Origin: Mobula hypostoma
Taxonomy: Eukaryota
Length of the DNA: 64,000 bases
Assembly: GCF_963921235.1 (NCBI RefSeq)
Contig: NC_086118.1
Location: forward strand, 5,580,001 to 5,644,000
Reading direction: 5' to 3'
The translations under genes and the position numbers were made by a program. The notes beneath the pieces were generated by a model. The model worked only from the letters and a program-made list of their open reading frames with translations, searched no databases and was not told the DNA's origin. Positions 60,246-64,000 of the stretch are shown here, piece by piece; positions within the stretch are counted from its first letter, which is position 1; every line of letters starts with the position of its first letter.

Positions 60246-60404
60246 CAAGTTTACGTATACCTGAATTCTAAATTTTCTCAGGTCTGAACAAGGTTCTTTA
60301 AGCTGAAATATCACCACTATGTCTTTCCTATGATACTGCCAGACCTGCTAGTGTTTCCGTTGTTTTCCGTCCCTTAGCTGATCGCAATGTTGGTTTGTTG
60401 CCAG

Positions 60405-60638
60405 GACTCAGTTTCTCGAGCGCAAACAAGTTACGTCAACAAGTTTAGTACGCTGGCAAGGGAGCTGGAAGAGATGAAGGCCAAAGTGATCGAGTACATA
60501 GTGACCAAGGAGAATATCTCTCTGGAGCAGGTCAGCAGCACCTTGGCGAAACTGGAAGAGAGGTGCACTGAGCTGAGGAATGCCAGGCTGAAGCTAGAGA
60601 CCACACTGAAGAGCAATGACCCTTGGAAGATTTTGCAG
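60405..60638 (+). CDS. TRIM65: TRIM exon 3 (coiled coil)
   Basis: CCAG acceptor, CAG|GTACGT donor. 234-bp phase 0/0 exon typical of TRIM16/25/47/65-type genes. Ends NDPWKILQ. Confidence 0.87.
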
Positions 60639-62239
60639 GTACGTGTGGTCTGTGGGGAGCTATCAGAGACAAAATTTAATGTCCCTCCTCAATGGGTGGA
60701 CCTATTATCAGCTTTCTTTTATCTTCACCCTCAGAATGTACATAGGACCCATTTTCATGTTGTATAACTTTTCGCACCAACTCATCCAGCCTGACCAGTA
60801 CTCACATTTACCCATGTTTCACCCATTTCCCTCTAAATCTTTCCTATCCATGTTCCTTTCCAAATGGGTAGTTGTATGTGGTATGATGTGCTTGTGGTGG
60901 GTAGTTGAGGTGTTGGATGGGACTGCTTTGTCCTAGTTTGCAGTGAGTTGTCTGAGCATTGGCGGTTGAGTTGTCTGCACAGACACTGGACTGAAGAGCC
61001 TGCTCCTGTGCTGACCTATTCAGTATTTTATGTTGGATTCACCTCTACCACTTCCTCTGGCAGCTCTTCCTACATACCGATCATCTGTGTATGAAAAGTG
61101 TGCCTCTCAAGCTCCTTTATCATCCATTAATAATTGGCTCTGTAAACAATGCTGGGCCCAGTTCTTGACCTTCTTGAGATGTTGGGGATTAACAGTACAG
61201 ATGGGATGGGAGCTTCACGACTTCCACAAGTCTTAGAAGTTCTCGGAAAACTTGAAGGTGCTGATATTCTTCTGAGCACTTCACCTCCACCTTAAACAGT
61301 AAGGCTGAGGGTTGGGGGGAGCTACTGAAGAGGCTTTTCAAGAGTGACTGTGCCCATAGTGTTCTTGCAGTTTGTTGAACCTATTGATCTCTGTCTTAAA
61401 TATACCCACTGACCTGGCCTCCATGGCAATGAATTCCACACATTCGCCACCTTCTGGCTGAGAAACTCCCTCCTGGTCTCAGTTTTAAAGAGGTCTCCCT
61501 TTAATCTGAGGCTGTGCCTTCGACTGATAGAATATCCTACTGATATTCCACGTCCACTCTCTCTATGATAAGTCACCCTTCATAGGATATGCGCCCTGTG
61601 ACCTGGGGTATTTTCAGTGTCTGCTCATTTGAGTTACTGACTCAGAATGTGGCAATGTCAGTGGGAATGCCATGTCAATCTGCTGCTGATATTCAGGGAG
61701 AGATCAAAGGGTCAGCTCTACCTTCTAGATGTTCCAGGGTCAGATTGTGAGCTACTAAATGAAGGATGGCACATGTAGCAGAAGGAGTGAAATGTCTCTG
61801 ACTCATGCCTTGGGGTTGTGCAGACAGAAATTGACCTGTAAAGCCATCCTTTTATGCCCATCTACACAAATCTAATTTGCTTGCTTTATGAATACCCCTT
61901 CTGTGGCCACAGAGTAACAGCACATTTGCATTTACAGCAATGAAAAGGATTAGCATACACTGCAGCCCAACCAGCCAAAGCAAGAATAGGCACCTGTTGG
62001 AGAAAGAGACTTGCTGTACTAAAATGATTGCTGAGATGGGGGATCCTCAGCTAAATCCTTTGTCATGGATTGCATGGCATGAATATAAATTCCTCAAAAC
62101 TCTGAGTGGAGAGATGGCCAGTCACAAAACTCAAAGAGAAAGTATTGTGATCGATCTCTCATGATTGGCCAAGTGAAAAGAAATAGAATGAGCTAGAAAA
62201 GAGGGTTGAAGAACTATAAGTAGATGACAGGAGAGTGAG

Positions 62240-64000
62240 AAGGAAATGGATAGCAACAGGAGAGAGAGGGGAAATAGATAGTAACAGGAAAGGGAGAGGA
62301 AATGGATAACAACAGGAGAGAGGAAATGGATAGTAACAGCAGAGGGAGAGAGGAAATGGATAACAACAGGAGAGAGAGAGGGAAAATGGATAGCAACAGG
62401 AGAGAGGGAGGAAATGGATAGCAACAAGAGAGAGGAAATGGATAGCAACAGGAGAGAGAGGGCAAATGGATAGCAACAGGAGAGAGGGAGGAAATGGATA
62501 GCAACAGGAGAGAGAGGAAATGGATAGCAACAGGAGAGAGGGGAAATGGAGAGCAACAGGAGAGAGAGGGGAAATGGATAGCAACAGGAGAGAGAGGGGA
62601 AATGGAGAGCAACAGGAGAGAGAGGGGAAATGGATAGCAACAGGAGAGAGAGGGGAAATGGATAGCAACAGGAGAGAGAGAGGAAATGGATAACAACAGG
62701 AGAGGGAAAATGGATAGCAACAGGAGAGAGAGGGGAAATGGATAGCAACAGGAGAGAGAGAGGAAATGGACAGCAACAGGAGAGAGAGGAAATGGATAGC
62801 AACAGGAGAGAGAGGGGAAATGGAGAGCAACAGGAGAGAGAGGGGAAATGGAGAGCAACAGGAGAGAGAGGGGAAATGGAGAGCAACAGGAGAGAGAGGG
62901 GAAATGGATAGCAACAGGAGAGAGAGGGGAAATGGATAGCAACAGGAGAGAGAGAGGAAATGGATAACAACAGGAGAGGGAAAATGGATAGCAACAGGAG
63001 AGAAAGGAAATGGATAGCAAAAAGAGAGAGGAAATGGATAGCAACAGGAGAGATGAAATGGATAACAACAGGAGAGAGGAGATGGCAACAGGAGGGAGAG
63101 GAAATGGATAACAACAGGAGAGAGGGAGGAAATGGATAGCAACAAGAGAGAGGAAATGGATAGCAACAGGAGAGAGAGGGCAAATGGATAGCAACAGGAG
63201 AGAGGGAGGAAATGGATAGCAACAGGAGAGAGAGGAAATGGATAACAACAGGAGAGAGAGGGGAAATGAATAGCAACAGGAGAGAGGGGAAATGGATAGC
63301 AACAAGAGAGAGAGGAAATGGATAGCAACAGGAGAGAGAGGAAATGGATAGCAACAGGAGAGAGGAAATGGATAGTAACAAGAGAGAGAGGAAATGGATA
63401 GTAAAAGAGAGAAAGAAGAAATGGATAGTAACAGAGAAAGAGGAAATGGATAGTAACAGAGAGAAAGAGGAAATGGATAGCAACAGGAGAGAGAGGAAAT
63501 GGATAGTAACAGGAGAGAGAGGAAATGGAGAGTAACAGGAGAGAGAGGAAATGGATAGTAAAAGAGAGAAAGAAGAAATGGATAGTAACAGAGAGAAAGA
63601 GGAAATGGATAGTAAAAGAGAGAAAGAGGAAATGGATAGTAACAGAGAGAAAGAGGAAATGGATAGCAACAGGAGAGAGGAAATGGATAACAACAGGAGA
63701 GAGGAGATGGCAACAGGAGGGAGAGGAAATGGATAACAACAGGAAAGAGGAAATGGATAGCAACAGGAGAGAGGAAATGGATAGCAACAGGAGAGAGAGG
63801 GGAAATGGATAGCAACAGGAGAGAGAGGGGAAATGGATAGCAACAGGAGAGAGAGGGGAAATGTATAGCAACAGGAGAGAGAGGAAATGGATAGTAACAG
63901 GAGAGAGAGGAAATGGATAGCAACAGGAGAGAGAGGGGAAATGGATAGCAACAGAAGAGAGAGGAAATGGATAGTAACAGGAGAGAGGGGGGAAGTGGAT
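62240..64000 (+). repeat. Purine-rich minisatellite, about 24-28 bp unit GGAAATGGATAGCAACAGGAGAGAGAG
   Basis: Roughly 65 tandem units directly visible. The array runs off the window edge. Confidence 0.97.

Noticed and set aside
62131-63951. Three long minus-strand ORFs (569-606 aa)
   Set aside because: Artefact of the minisatellite, whose minus strand lacks stop triplets in all frames. The translations are low complexity.
62240-64000. CRISPR-like regular repeat array
   Set aside because: No unique spacers, no cas genes, and a eukaryotic intronic context.

Overview
Vertebrate genomic DNA, most likely from a cartilaginous fish (probably a ray, judged from HE1-type SINEs, HER1/CR1-type LINEs and Neptune-type Penelope elements). 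Three spliced genes lie on the + strand in the same order and relative orientation as on human 17q25: the last four coding exons of FBF1 (306-9371), a complete 9-exon MRPL38 (28977-46851, 387 aa) and the first three exons of a RING/B-box/coiled-coil gene, probably TRIM65 (50466-60638, incomplete in this window). All exon phases were checked by hand. Most of the remainder is nested transposable elements: CR1 LINEs (one near full length with an intact zinc-finger/SGNH-esterase ORF1), Rex1/Babar, Nimb/I, RTE, a rearranged Gypsy chromovirus with TSD, hAT and Tigger elements, SINEs, and a 1.7-kb purine-rich minisatellite at the right edge. The most interesting system is a set of Penelope-like (Neptune) elements. 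Their pseudo-LTRs carry minimal hammerhead-ribozyme motifs (6-7 copies), two of them form fold-back insertions with 13-14 bp TSDs starting with TAA, and two fold-backs carry a foreign retroelement at the hairpin axis. No database searches were run. Family and gene assignments rest on recognised motifs and recalled human protein sequences.
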